This document shows, piece after piece, positions 38,907-48,603 of a DNA stretch of 64,000 nucleotides. The DNA is taken from positions 22,240 to 86,239 of the forward strand of contig CAYMGJ010000001.1 of assembly GCA_964389975.1 (NCBI GenBank). The letters are read 5' to 3'. Positions within the stretch are counted from its first letter, which is position 1, and each line of letters opens with the position of its first letter. A program made the translations under genes and the position numbers. The notes under the pieces were generated by a model. That model was given only the letters and a program-made list of their open reading frames with translations. It made no database searches and was not told the DNA's origin. Source of the stretch: an uncultured Candidatus Saccharibacteria bacterium (GTDB taxonomy: Bacteria > Patescibacteriota > Minisyncoccia > Phycocordibacterales > PALSA-1337).

Positions 38907-40265
38907 ATGCCTGCAAAAAAAGTTGTACAAGATATAGTTCCCAGTGAACGACGTACTATACGGAATATTCCTGTACGGGTTATGCCCACAGAACCACCTC
39001 CTCCAAAGAGAACGCGAGCGCGTATACCGAAAGAAGAATCACCTGTCATTCATATTGAGGAAGATGAGATTGTTCCACCACCTCCATTAAGTCGAAGACC
39101 TCGAGGGGGTTCTTCTCGTAGTAAGTTATTACTTACCTTTGGAATCATACTTACATCTGTCATAGTTATTTGTATTGCTCTTTCTTTCTTGTATTCAAAA
39201 GCTGTGGTGACGATAACTCCACAGATAACAGAACTTGAGGTTGCGGGAACATTTACTGCTCATAAGGAATCTACAACATCAACGCTCATTTATGAGGTTA
39301 TAAACGTAAGTGATACTCGTCATGAGACTATTGTGGCAAGCGCAGGTCCTCGTATTGAAACTAAGGCGAAGGGAACTATCACTCTCTATAACAATTACAG
39401 TGCAACTGCACAGAAAATCGTTGCAGGTACTCGTCTCTCTGATCCTGATGGACATATTTACCGAACTTCTTCAACGATTACCATACCAGGTAAGAAGACT
39501 GTTAGTGGAAAGGTTGTTCCAGGAAGTAGTGCTGTTATGGTAATTGCTGATATTGCAGGGGAAGCATATAACACGACGATGGCTGAACTCAAGGGTGATT
39601 ACAAGATCGTTGCATATAAGGGAACTCCTAAATATGATGGTTTCTATGGACGTTTGAAGACAGATCTTTCAGGTGGATTTTCTGGTAACAAGATGATTAT
39701 AGATCCTGAAGCAGAGAAGACTGCTATCACATCAGGAGAAGAAGCACTCAAGGCTGAACTTCTCATCAAGCTCAAGAATGCTGTTCCTGAGAACTATGTT
39801 CTCTATGACTCAGCATATATTCCTTCATTTACAAAAGGATCTGCAACCTTTAAAAGCACAACCACTGCTGATATTTCTCTTCAGGGAAATCTTCAGGGTA
39901 TTATCTTTAAGAAAGATGCTCTCCTCAAAAATATTGCGGGTAAGGAGATTCAGAAATTTCCTTCAAGTACATATGATGTAAAGGGAATGGAGGAATTAAC
40001 GTTTACAATCCTAAACACCAAGGATATATCTCTTAAAAAGGGAACTCCCGTAATATTCTCTCTCAAGGGAAACATGATGATAATTGGTACGTTTGAAGAA
40101 GGTGAATTGAAGAATAAATTGAAGGGTATAGCTCTTGAAGATAGCAATGCTGTGTTTGCAAAGTATGGTGCTATCAGTAATGCCTATGCCCTCATCACTC
40201 CTTTCTGGCTTCGCCACTTCCCAAATACAGAAGAACGTATTATACTAGAGTACAAGTCTGAATAA
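38907..40265 (+). CDS. Single-TM protein with a baseplate-J-like extracytoplasmic region
   Basis: Pro-rich N-terminus, TM helix, then KAKGTITLYN, AGTRL, GEAYN, SGGFSG. Confidence 0.6.
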   Translation: MPAKKVVQDIVPSERRTIRNIPVRVMPTEPPPPKRTRARIPKEESPVIHIEEDEIVPPPPLSRRPRGGSSRSKLLLTFGIILTSVIVICIALSFLYSKAVVTITPQITELEVAGTFTAHKESTTSTLIYEVINVSDTRHETIVASAGPRIETKAKGTITLYNNYSATAQKIVAGTRLSDPDGHIYRTSSTITIPGKKTVSGKVVPGSSAVMVIADIAGEAYNTTMAELKGDYKIVAYKGTPKYDGFYGRLKTDLSGGFSGNKMIIDPEAEKTAITSGEEALKAELLIKLKNAVPENYVLYDSAYIPSFTKGSATFKSTTTADISLQGNLQGIIFKKDALLKNIAGKEIQKFPSSTYDVKGMEELTFTILNTKDISLKKGTPVIFSLKGNMMIIGTFEEGELKNKLKGIALEDSNAVFAKYGAISNAYALITPFWLRHFPNTEERIILEYKSE

Positions 40266-40329
40266 GGTAGGAATGGCCTATTGACTTTTATGGGTGGTTT
40301 CTGCTAGTATATTCAAACGCGCAATTTTA

Positions 40330-40560
40330 ATGGATTCCAACATCAAAAAGCCTAACATATCAAACACTGCGTACGGAGTAGTGACTGAGGCATTGCCCAA
40401 TACTCTTTTTAGAGTAAAGCTTGATGGTAAGGATGATATAGTGCTCGCGTATTTAGCGGGAAAGATGAGAATGCATAGAATCAGAGTACTTATCGGCGAT
40501 AAGGTTGAACTCGAACTCGACCCATATGGTGGTAGAGCACGTATTACTAAAAGACAATAA
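40330..40560 (+). CDS. infA: Translation initiation factor IF-1
   Basis: [22 protein letters not shown]. Confidence 0.96.
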   Translation: MDSNIKKPNISNTAYGVVTEALPNTLFRVKLDGKDDIVLAYLAGKMRMHRIRVLIGDKVELELDPYGGRARITKRQ

Positions 40561-40577
40561 TTTTGAGTATTATTCAA

Positions 40578-40694
40578 ATGAAGGTAAAGGCATCAGTCAA
40601 GAAAATTTGTCCAAAATGCAGTGTGGTCCGAAGAAAGGGCTATGTATATGTGATATGCAAATCCAATCCTCGACACAAACAGCGACAAGGTTAA
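40578..40694 (+). CDS. rpmJ: 50S ribosomal protein L36 (zinc-binding form)
   Basis: Manual translation [38 protein letters not shown]. Confidence 0.97.
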   Translation: MKVKASVKKICPKCSVVRRKGYVYVICKSNPRHKQRQG

Positions 40695-40706
40695 TTTATT
40701 TTATAT

Positions 40707-41087
40707 ATGCGTATACTTGGTATTACAATTCCAGATAATAAAAGACTTGAAATTGCTCTAACCTCACTTTATGGTGTGGGCCGAGCTCGTGCTCTCTCAG
40801 TACTCAGTGATGCTCAAGTTGATCCAGCTCTCAAGGCTAAGGATTTAACTGTTGATCAAGAAAATGCAATTCGAAAGATTCTCGAATCTTTCCGTATCGA
40901 AGGAGACTTGAAGCGAGAAGTTGCTTCAAATATTAAGCGTCTCAAGGATATTAAGGCATATCGAGGAAGTCGACATGCTCGTAAATTACCAGCACGAGGC
41001 CAGAGAACAAAAACAAATTCTCGAACTATACGAGGAAATGTTCGAAAGACCATGGGATCTGGACGAAAGAAGGAAGAGAAGAAATAA
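40707..41087 (+). CDS. rpsM: 30S ribosomal protein S13
   Basis: YGVGR, LPARGQRTKTNSRT. Confidence 0.97.
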   Translation: MRILGITIPDNKRLEIALTSLYGVGRARALSVLSDAQVDPALKAKDLTVDQENAIRKILESFRIEGDLKREVASNIKRLKDIKAYRGSRHARKLPARGQRTKTNSRTIRGNVRKTMGSGRKKEEKK

Positions 41088-41106
41088 CAGGAGATAACAT
41101 AACACT

Positions 41107-41535
41107 ATGGCAAAGAAGACAACAACAACAGAAGAGAAAAAGGTTCAAGATGGTGCTCCTAAGGCTACCTCATCTTCTTCACGTAAGAAGCTTGATTCAG
41201 GTATATTGTATGTTCAGTCTACCTACAACAACACTAAGGTTCTCCTTACTGATGTAAAGGGTAATGCTGTTATGTGGTCATCAAGTGGATCTCTTGGATT
41301 CAAGGGAGCAAAGAAGGGTACTCCTTTTGCAGCTGCAAAGGTTGGAGAAACTCTTGCTGCAAAGGCAGCTCTCATCGGTCTTAAGGATATTCATGTGGTT
41401 GTGAAAGGAGTAGGTTCAGGTCGTGAGTCAGCAATACGAGGTTTTATTTCAAAGGGAGTAACTATTTCATCTATTCAAGATGAAACTCCAGTTCCTTTCA
41501 ACGGCCCACAGCCTAAGAAGCCACGACGAGTATAA
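41107..41535 (+). CDS. rpsK: 30S ribosomal protein S11
   Basis: STYNNT, KKGTPFAA, G.GSGRE, TPVPFNG. Confidence 0.97.
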   Translation: MAKKTTTTEEKKVQDGAPKATSSSSRKKLDSGILYVQSTYNNTKVLLTDVKGNAVMWSSSGSLGFKGAKKGTPFAAAKVGETLAAKAALIGLKDIHVVVKGVGSGRESAIRGFISKGVTISSIQDETPVPFNGPQPKKPRRV

Positions 41536-41550
41536 TAAATATATTTATAT

Positions 41551-42156
41551 ATGAAAATTGGACAACGATACAAAATAGCACGAAGATTGGGAGCTCCTGT
41601 TTTTGAGAAAACTCAGAATCAGAAGTTTGCTTTGCGTTCAGAACGAAAGGGGTCAACTGGTGGAAAGCCAAAGACACGAAGTGATTACGGTCTTGGACTT
41701 ATCGAAAAGCAGAAGGCTCGATATAGTTATGGAATTACAAGTAAGCAATTCACAAACTACGTAAAGAAAGCTATCTCTCTTAAGGGAAATGCCTCAGAGC
41801 ATCTTACACGTATGCTTGAATCACGACTTGATACCGTTGCTCTTCGTGCCGGATATGCAACCACTCGTCAGGCAGCTCGACAACTCACTTCACATGGTCA
41901 TCTCACTGTAAATGGAAAGATTGTAACTATTCCTTCATATGCTGTTAAGGTTGGTGATGTTATCGGTATTCGAGAGGGAAGTAAGAAGAAAGTACTCTTC
42001 GCTACTCTCGATGATCGTTTCAAGACAGTGAAGCTTCCTGCATGGCTCAAACTCAATTTTGATAAGAAGGAAGTTACTATTGACGGTATTCCTCATATTG
42101 CAACTACAGAACTTCTGTTTAATCCGGGAACAGTGCTTGAGTTTTATAGTCGTTAA
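41551..42156 (+). CDS. rpsD: 30S ribosomal protein S4
   Basis: EKQKAR, LESRLD, ARQL..HGH, EFYSR. Confidence 0.97.
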   Translation: MKIGQRYKIARRLGAPVFEKTQNQKFALRSERKGSTGGKPKTRSDYGLGLIEKQKARYSYGITSKQFTNYVKKAISLKGNASEHLTRMLESRLDTVALRAGYATTRQAARQLTSHGHLTVNGKIVTIPSYAVKVGDVIGIREGSKKKVLFATLDDRFKTVKLPAWLKLNFDKKEVTIDGIPHIATTELLFNPGTVLEFYSR

Positions 42157-42176
42157 TAATTTTTAATATAAAAACC

Positions 42177-43145
42177 ATGTCGAATCATAATGTTATAGTT
42201 CCATCAAAGCCAAAAATCATCCGAGAGGAGGGGTTTAGTGGTATTTATGAAATAGATGGTCTTTATCCTGGATACGGACATACTCTTGGAAACTCTCTTC
42301 GAAGAATCATTCTTTCATCTCTTCCTGGTGCAGCTGTTACTAAGGTAAAGATTGCTGGTGTTGAGCATGAATTCTCATCAATCGAAGGTGTTAAGGAAGA
42401 TGTCATCATCATTCTTCTCGCTCTTAAGAAACTCCGTATTCGACTCAGTACTGATGAAGCTCAAACTCTAAATCTTAAGATTAAGGGGATAAAGGATGTT
42501 ACTGCAAAGGATATTGAGGTACCAGGACAGGTTGAAATTCTCAATCCTGAACTCCACATTGCATCTCTTACAGACAAGAATTCAAATCTTGATATTGAAA
42601 TTACTGTAGAAAAGGGTCTTGGATATGTTGCTAAGGAAGTTATCCAGAAAGATCGAGTTGATATTGGAACAATATCTCTTGATGCAACATTTACTCCAAT
42701 CAAGAAGGTTAATTATGAAGTTGAGAATATGCGAGTTGGAGATCGAACAGATTTCAATCGACTTCGTATCTCAATTGAAACAGATGGTACTCTCACTCCA
42801 AAGGAGGCTCTTGAGAATTCAATCTCAATCATGATTCATCAGCTTAAGGCAATTGTAGGATTCAAGGAGGAAGAAGTGATTGTTCCTCAAGCTTCAATTG
42901 AAGAAACTGGAGGATCAGAAGAAGGATCAAAGATGGAGCTTGATGTTGAGTTCTTGAAAACTCGAATTGACTCTATCGGTCTTTCTCCTCGAACAACCAA
43001 GGCACTTACGAATGCAAACATCCGAACAGTTGGAGGTCTTGCACGAAAGAAGGAAGTAGATATTCTTGATATCGAAGGACTTGGAAGTAAGGGTATACAG
43101 GAGATCAAGAAGGTACTTGCACAGTACAATATTACCCTCAAATAA
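42177..43145 (+). CDS. rpoA: RNA polymerase alpha subunit
   Basis: GYGHTLGNSLRRIILSS, HEFS, alpha-CTD. Confidence 0.98.
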   Translation: MSNHNVIVPSKPKIIREEGFSGIYEIDGLYPGYGHTLGNSLRRIILSSLPGAAVTKVKIAGVEHEFSSIEGVKEDVIIILLALKKLRIRLSTDEAQTLNLKIKGIKDVTAKDIEVPGQVEILNPELHIASLTDKNSNLDIEITVEKGLGYVAKEVIQKDRVDIGTISLDATFTPIKKVNYEVENMRVGDRTDFNRLRISIETDGTLTPKEALENSISIMIHQLKAIVGFKEEEVIVPQASIEETGGSEEGSKMELDVEFLKTRIDSIGLSPRTTKALTNANIRTVGGLARKKEVDILDIEGLGSKGIQEIKKVLAQYNITLK

Positions 43146-43164
43146 TTAGTTATTATAAATTCCC

Positions 43165-43515
43165 ATGAGACACCATTCATCAACACGAAAATTTGGACGA
43201 GAGAAAGATCAGAGAAATGCACTGATGCGCTCTTTGGCACGCAATCTCATCAATGAGACTCGAATCACAACAACTCTTCCTAAGGCTAAGGAGCTTCGAC
43301 CATATATCGAAAAGCTTGTTACTAAGGCAATTTCAGGAACTGTTGCTTCACGACGTCTCATCTCATCTCAGATTGGTGGTATAAAGGAATCAAAAACTCT
43401 CATTGAAACTATCGCTCCTAAATACAAGGATCGAAAGGGTGGATATACCCGAATTATTAAATTGAACCGCCGTGAGCTTGACGCTACACCGATGGCTATG
43501 ATTGAATTTGTATAA
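43165..43515 (+). CDS. rplQ: 50S ribosomal protein L17
   Basis: MRH, ITTTLPKAKE, R.GGYTRI. Confidence 0.97.
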   Translation: MRHHSSTRKFGREKDQRNALMRSLARNLINETRITTTLPKAKELRPYIEKLVTKAISGTVASRRLISSQIGGIKESKTLIETIAPKYKDRKGGYTRIIKLNRRELDATPMAMIEFV

Positions 43516-43525
43516 CATAAAGATT

Positions 43526-43870
43526 ATGATTCACACACTAGACGCACAAGGAAAGAAGATCGGACGAGTCGCAAGCGAAGCGGCTAAGATTCTCATGGGT
43601 AAAAATCTTGTTACCTATGTACGTAATGCTGTATCAGCAGAACAGGTAAAGATTATCAATGCAGGAAAGGCTGATATCGATGAGAAGAAGAAGGATGACA
43701 AGGTATATGTTACATTCACAGGATTCAGAGGAGGATTGAACTCAGAGAAACTCGGTGATCTCATTACACGAAAGGGTGCTCGAGAAGCTATAGAGCGAGC
43801 AGTATATCGAATGCTTCCTTCAAATAGTCTCCGAAAGAAGATTATGAAGAATCTAACCATCACTGAATAA
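43526..43870 (+). CDS. rplM: 50S ribosomal protein L13 (short)
   Basis: DA.G..IGR.AS...L.GK, IINA, AV.RMLP. Confidence 0.93.
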   Translation: MIHTLDAQGKKIGRVASEAAKILMGKNLVTYVRNAVSAEQVKIINAGKADIDEKKKDDKVYVTFTGFRGGLNSEKLGDLITRKGAREAIERAVYRMLPSNSLRKKIMKNLTITE

Positions 43871-43874
43871 CTAT

Positions 43875-44291
43875 ATGAATACACAAACAAAACATTCAGA
43901 TCGATATATTGAAACTGTAGGACGTCGAAAGACAGCCGTTGCTCGAGTGCGAATAACTCCAGCTCCTAAGATGTCATATGATATCAATGGAAAGAAAGTT
44001 GATGAATATTTCCCAACACGAGAACTTCAGAGTCTTGTTACCGAATCATACACAACTTCAAAGCTTACCGAAACTATGTTCAAGGTAACTGCAATTGTAA
44101 AAGGAGGAGGAATCAATGGACAAGCAGAAGCTCTCCGACATGGTATAGCTCGAGCATTGATTGAGTATGACAAGGAACTTCGAGGAAAGCTCAAGAAGGC
44201 AGGACTTCTCAAGCGAGATCCACGTGCAAAGGAGCGACGAAAGTTCGGATTGAAGAAGGCTCGAAAGAGTCCACAGTGGTCAAAGCGATAA
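43875..44291 (+). CDS. rpsI: 30S ribosomal protein S9
   Basis: GRRKTAVARV, GGG..GQ, RD.R.KERRK.G, SKR. Confidence 0.97.
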   Translation: MNTQTKHSDRYIETVGRRKTAVARVRITPAPKMSYDINGKKVDEYFPTRELQSLVTESYTTSKLTETMFKVTAIVKGGGINGQAEALRHGIARALIEYDKELRGKLKKAGLLKRDPRAKERRKFGLKKARKSPQWSKR

Positions 44292-44294
44292 AAG

Positions 44295-44320
44295 AAAAAA
44301 CCGGCACTTGCCGGTTTTTT
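44295..44320 (+). terminator. Terminator of the ribosomal protein cluster
   Basis: AAAAAACCGGCA/TGCCGGTTTTT. Confidence 0.8.
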
Positions 44321-44347
44321 CATATTTCGTGTATACTAACATCTACT

Positions 44348-44908
44348 ATGGATAACGAAAAAGATATTACAATAGAATCAGATGAAAACCTTGATGACTC
44401 AGTTATAGCTGAGGAAACAGCCCTTGCAACGGTTAAAACCCTTAAAGAGAAGCTTAAGAAAGCTATCGAAGAGAAACAAGAGTACCTCAATCTCTGGCAA
44501 AGAGACAAGGCTGAGTTTGTGAATGCTCGTAAGCGTGATCAAGATGCTCAGAAAGATTTTGCTCGTTTCTCTAATGAGAATCTCATTTCAGAACTCATAC
44601 CAGTTCTTGATAGTTTTCATATGGCAATGGGGAACAAAGAAGTATGGGAAAAGGCGGACAAGAATTGGAGAATTGGGGTTGAGTACATTGCTCAGCAATT
44701 AACAAAAGTTCTCACAGACTTTGGTTTGAAGGAGATTGATCCTCAGGGTAAGATCTTTGATCCTCTCCGCGATGAAGCCATTGAACAAGTTGTTGTCTCA
44801 AATGAAAAGGAGAACAATACAGTTGTAGCTGTGATACAGAAGGGATATGAGCTTCATGGAAAAATACTTAAAGCTCCTAAGGTTAAAGTGGGGGAGTTTA
44901 AGGGATAG
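44348..44908 (+). CDS. grpE: Nucleotide exchange factor GrpE
   Basis: AEFVNARKR, LIPVLD, FDP, QKGY.L. Confidence 0.93.
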   Translation: MDNEKDITIESDENLDDSVIAEETALATVKTLKEKLKKAIEEKQEYLNLWQRDKAEFVNARKRDQDAQKDFARFSNENLISELIPVLDSFHMAMGNKEVWEKADKNWRIGVEYIAQQLTKVLTDFGLKEIDPQGKIFDPLRDEAIEQVVVSNEKENNTVVAVIQKGYELHGKILKAPKVKVGEFKG

Positions 44909-44940
44909 AAAAATCCCCCGAGCTAAAGTGCTCGGGGGAG
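44909..44940 (-). terminator. Terminator (CCCC-AGC family), possibly shared with grpE
   Basis: Minus strand TCCCCCGAGC-ACTTTA-GCTCGGGGGA followed by TTTTT. Confidence 0.7.
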
Positions 44941-44963
44941 GTGAGGTATTGAACCTCCGTTAC

Positions 44964-45329
44964 TTATTGGGGGCGTCTTCCTTTGCTTATGGAATTGAGA
45001 ATATCATCGAGCTCTCTCATAACTGACTCAAATCCATTTAACTTGCTGATATTTTCAATGACACCTGACCTATCGCCATTCCTTACCGCCTCCCTGAGTC
45101 CCATAAGGTACTTCCTGGGGTGATCGAACACATCACCTTGCATTTCCTGAAGTACCGATTCTATCAAATCGATGATATTTTTTTTGGTATCAGCGAACAG
45201 GATTTCCCCTCTAAGAAGAAGGGTTGCCTGAAGAACAAGCTGTGGCATATTGATCCCGTTTCGAACAGATTTCCACTCCCGAATCATATCCACTAGAAAT
45301 GTCTGTCTATTTTCACTAAAAGTTCTCAT
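44964..45329 (-). CDS. Hypothetical protein (ORFan cassette)
   Basis: 121-aa ORF with TTGACT-17-TATAAT promoter (45547-45519) and a long leader. Confidence 0.65.
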   Translation of the reverse strand: MRTFSENRQTFLVDMIREWKSVRNGINMPQLVLQATLLLRGEILFADTKKNIIDLIESVLQEMQGDVFDHPRKYLMGLREAVRNGDRSGVIENISKLNGFESVMRELDDILNSISKGRRPQ

Positions 45330-45343
45330 ATGTTTTCTTTTTT

Positions 45344-45484
45344 CTCAACTGTTTGTCGAGAAACTTCTCACTGCCCGTGAGTTGAGGGGGATGCTTTCGC
45401 ACCGTCATTGCTAGAGGACTTGGCCAAAGGTTTCGTCATAGTAGAGAATGACCCATCTCTCGAGTCGCTGTCTGCTATGACGAA
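45344..45484 (-). ncRNA. Structured 5' leader RNA (candidate)
   Basis: 10-bp perfect stem 45432-45441/45475-45484, GGTGC-GAAA-GCATC hairpin, CTCAAC/GTTGAG stem. Confidence 0.4.
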
Positions 45485-45601
45485 TTAATAAGTAATTTCA
45501 ATGTCCTTATCTTGTATTATTATATAACTATATTATACAAAAGTCAAGTAGTAGTCCATATAGAAAAAGGCACCACATTGCTGTGGCACCATGGTGTGGA
45601 G

Positions 45602-45889
45602 CTATGGCCAACGAGGCGAGAGAGCCCTGTAGTACGGAACTACCTCAGGTGATATGTGGAAGTTAAATGATTCGCCACAGTTAGGGCAATCAATGATTGC
45701 GATTGAGTGAGCTTTGTTGTACCCACCAACTGCCCGTATCCAATTCAAGGCATTATGGTTTTCGAAATCACCATTGCAGAAGTATGAGAATTTTTCACAA
45801 TGGGGACAACAGTGATCTGTGGAGAAGAGTAGGTTGCCACAATACCGATCTCTCCAGGGGGTTGTAAGTAATGGTGGTTGATGTGCCAT
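45602..45889 (-). CDS. Small putative zinc-ribbon protein (ORFan cassette)
   Basis: CCPHC and CPNC pairs. ATG 45889 follows a TATACT promoter. Confidence 0.65.
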   Translation of the reverse strand: MAHQPPLLTTPWRDRYCGNLLFSTDHCCPHCEKFSYFCNGDFENHNALNWIRAVGGYNKAHSIAIIDCPNCGESFNFHISPEVVPYYRALSPRWP

Positions 45890-45992
45890 AAAATATGGGG
45901 AGGTTGAATGAAGAACGCCATGCAAAAGTATACTCTTTTTGGGAGCCTCTGGACAACTCTGTACAGAGATATATAATACAGGTGTAATAGGT

Positions 45993-46298
45993 ATGATTAC
46001 AACAACACAAGGACAATTAAATAAGGTTTTTGAACGTATTGTACATGACAAGAATGGTGTCCTCATTCGTGTCCTCTTTACCGTTGTACATACCCCTCAA
46101 GGATTCCAAGCACAGATCATATCTGCAACACCTCTTGTTGTTGAAAAGAAAACCGCTACTGAACATGTATATCTTCCTGCTTTAGAACAGAATGAGTATA
46201 TACCTTTTGTATACACAGAATCTCTGTATACGCACATCTCTCCGTTCAATCCTCTTTTCTTTTTTAATAGTCAACCAACACGGGCTCCATCTAACTAA
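45993..46298 (+). CDS. Leader-like protein upstream of dnaK ending in ...NSQPTRAPSN
   Basis: Host-like codon usage. Upstream TATAAT. C-terminal RAP motif. Confidence 0.7.
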   Translation: MITTTQGQLNKVFERIVHDKNGVLIRVLFTVVHTPQGFQAQIISATPLVVEKKTATEHVYLPALEQNEYIPFVYTESLYTHISPFNPLFFFNSQPTRAPSN

Positions 46299-46492
46299 AA
46301 AAGCCGAATCGCATAACGATTCGACCCTTCATAGTGTCACATCTTTTTTCTCACTGCTCATGTTTTTGAGGGTATACATGAGACGTAGTAGACCAAAACA
46401 GAGGAGCCAGAGAGGACAAAGAATGATGACAAGTATACTGAGAATATTTCTCATACGTTTCCCTTTCTACTAACAATATAATACACATATCT

Positions 46493-48382
46493 ATGTCTAA
46501 AATAATTGGAATTGATCTCGGTACCACCAACTCTGCTGTTGCAGTGATGGAAGCTGGTACACCTAAAATATTAGAAAATGCTGAGGGAGCACGAACAACT
46601 CCTTCAATTGTTGCTCTTTCAAAAACTGGAGAGAGAACTGTTGGACTTCTTGCAAAACGACAAGGAGTAACTAATCCCAAGAACACCATATATCAAATTA
46701 AGCGATTTATCGGACACACCTTCGATGAGGAGGCTGTACAGAAAGACAAAGCTTCAGTTCCTTTCGAGATGCAAAAGAGTGCCAATGGAGGCATTGAGGT
46801 AAAGATGGGTGACAAGTGGTATCGACCTGAAGAGATTTCAGCCATGATTCTTGGAAAAATGAAAGCTGATGCTGAGGCTCGTCTCGGTGAACCTGTCACT
46901 GAAGCAGTGATTACTGTGCCTGCATACTTCAATGATGCACAGCGACAAGCAACAAAGGACGCTGGTAAGATTGCTGGACTTGATGTGAAGCGTATCATCA
47001 ATGAACCAACAGCAGCGGCACTTGCCTATGGTTTCGACAAAAAGAAGGATGAAAAGATCGTTGTATTCGACTTCGGTGGAGGTACATTCGATATATCAGT
47101 TCTTGAAGTAGGTGATGATGTTGTGGAGGTAAAATCAACTGATGGAGATGCACACTTGGGAGGTAAGGATATTGATCAGAAGATCATCAATTGGCTTGCT
47201 GATGAATTCAAGAAGCAAGAGGGAATTGATGTTCGAAATGATGCCCTTGCTCTTCAGCGTCTTGATGAAGCTGCTGAAAAAGCAAAGATCGAACTCTCAA
47301 CAGCAGTACAAACAGAAGTTAATATCCCATTCCTCACCTCTGGTGTTGATGGACCAAAGCACCTTCTCATAACCATGACTCGAGCAAAACTCGAAGAGTT
47401 AACACGGGAGTTCATTGATCGTGCCATTACCATTACCAAGCGTGCAATGGAAGCTTCTCCTTTTAAGATTACTGATATTAATGAAGTGATTCTTGTAGGA
47501 GGACAAACTCGAATGCCTGCTATGCAAAAGGCTGTGAAAGATTTCTTCGGTAAGGAATTACATCTCGGTGTAAATCCTGACGAGGTGGTTGCGGTTGGAG
47601 CTGCCATTCAAGGAGGAATCCTTGCTGGTGATGTAAAAGGAGTTCTCTTGCTCGATGTAACACCCCTTTCTCTTGGTATCGAAACAATGGGAGGAGTTGC
47701 TACAAAATTGATTGAGAAGAATACAACCATACCTACCCAGAAGTCTCAAATCTTCTCTACAGCAGCTGATAATCAAACATCAGTAGAGATTCACATAACT
47801 CAAGGAGAACGACCTATGGCGAGTGATAACAAGTCATTAGGAAGATTCATTCTCGATGGTATTCCACCAGCACCACGAGGTATGCCACAAGTTGAGGTTA
47901 CCTTCGATCTCGATGCAAATGGAATTCTTAATGTAACAGCTAAAGACAAGGCAACCAACAAGGCTAATAGTATTAAAATTACTGCAAGTTCTGGTCTTTC
48001 AAAAGAAGAGGTTGAAAAGATGAAGAAAGAAGCAGAAATGCATGCTGCTGATGATGCAAAAAAGAAAGAGATGGTTGAAGCAAAGAATCAGGCAGAACAA
48101 CTCATATATACTTCAGAAAAATCTCTTAAGGATGCTGGAGAGAAAGTTCCTGCAGAAACTCGTAAGAGTATCGAAGACAAGATTGCTGATGTAAAGACAG
48201 CAAAAGAAGGAACAGATCCTGTTCAACTTAAGAAAGTAACTGATGTACTCTCAACTGAACTTTCAAAGATTGGAGAAATTCTTTCTAAAGCTCAAGCTGA
48301 AGCAAGTCAAACTCCACCACAGGGGAATACACAAGGACCTGAAGGAGATGTAAAAGACGCAGAGTTTAAGGAGAAGAAATAG
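46493..48382 (+). CDS. dnaK: Chaperone DnaK
   Basis: [37 protein letters not shown]. Confidence 0.99.
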   Translation: MSKIIGIDLGTTNSAVAVMEAGTPKILENAEGARTTPSIVALSKTGERTVGLLAKRQGVTNPKNTIYQIKRFIGHTFDEEAVQKDKASVPFEMQKSANGGIEVKMGDKWYRPEEISAMILGKMKADAEARLGEPVTEAVITVPAYFNDAQRQATKDAGKIAGLDVKRIINEPTAAALAYGFDKKKDEKIVVFDFGGGTFDISVLEVGDDVVEVKSTDGDAHLGGKDIDQKIINWLADEFKKQEGIDVRNDALALQRLDEAAEKAKIELSTAVQTEVNIPFLTSGVDGPKHLLITMTRAKLEELTREFIDRAITITKRAMEASPFKITDINEVILVGGQTRMPAMQKAVKDFFGKELHLGVNPDEVVAVGAAIQGGILAGDVKGVLLLDVTPLSLGIETMGGVATKLIEKNTTIPTQKSQIFSTAADNQTSVEIHITQGERPMASDNKSLGRFILDGIPPAPRGMPQVEVTFDLDANGILNVTAKDKATNKANSIKITASSGLSKEEVEKMKKEAEMHAADDAKKKEMVEAKNQAEQLIYTSEKSLKDAGEKVPAETRKSIEDKIADVKTAKEGTDPVQLKKVTDVLSTELSKIGEILSKAQAEASQTPPQGNTQGPEGDVKDAEFKEKK

Positions 48383-48388
48383 GGCGGG

Positions 48389-48444
48389 AAAAAGAACCGC
48401 CAGAGCCTTCCTGAGGTGACTCGGGAGGGTCGGTGACGGTTCTT
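48389..48444 (-). terminator. Long-stem terminator of the small minus-strand ORF
   Basis: Minus strand AAGAACCGTCA...TGGCGGTTCTTTTT with an inner stem. Confidence 0.65.
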
Positions 48445-48449
48445 CGAAC

Positions 48450-48554
48450 TCACATCGTGGGCACTGGGCGTTTTGAAGCGCAACACAATGCGGCGATGAA
48501 GAGGGAAACGATAATGAAGAATGCGGAAGCAGTAACAATCAGTGCAGACGTCAT
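48450..48554 (-). CDS. 34-aa single-TM peptide (below the ORF-track cut-off)
   Basis: GAAAGGA SD. MTSALIVTASAFFIIVSLFIAALCCASKRPVPTM*. Confidence 0.65.
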   Translation of the reverse strand: MTSALIVTASAFFIIVSLFIAALCCASKRPVPTM

Positions 48555-48603
48555 AAAGATCCTTTCAGGATTAAGTATACCACCACATAACCATTAACAA
48601 TAT

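Noticed and set aside
38907-40265. Prophage inferred from the baseplate-J-like gene
   Set aside because: No other phage genes; the gene has a TM anchor and a core-gene context.
44300-46492. CIRCE operator for the chaperone genes
   Set aside because: No TTAGCACTC-N9-GAGTGCTAA seen.
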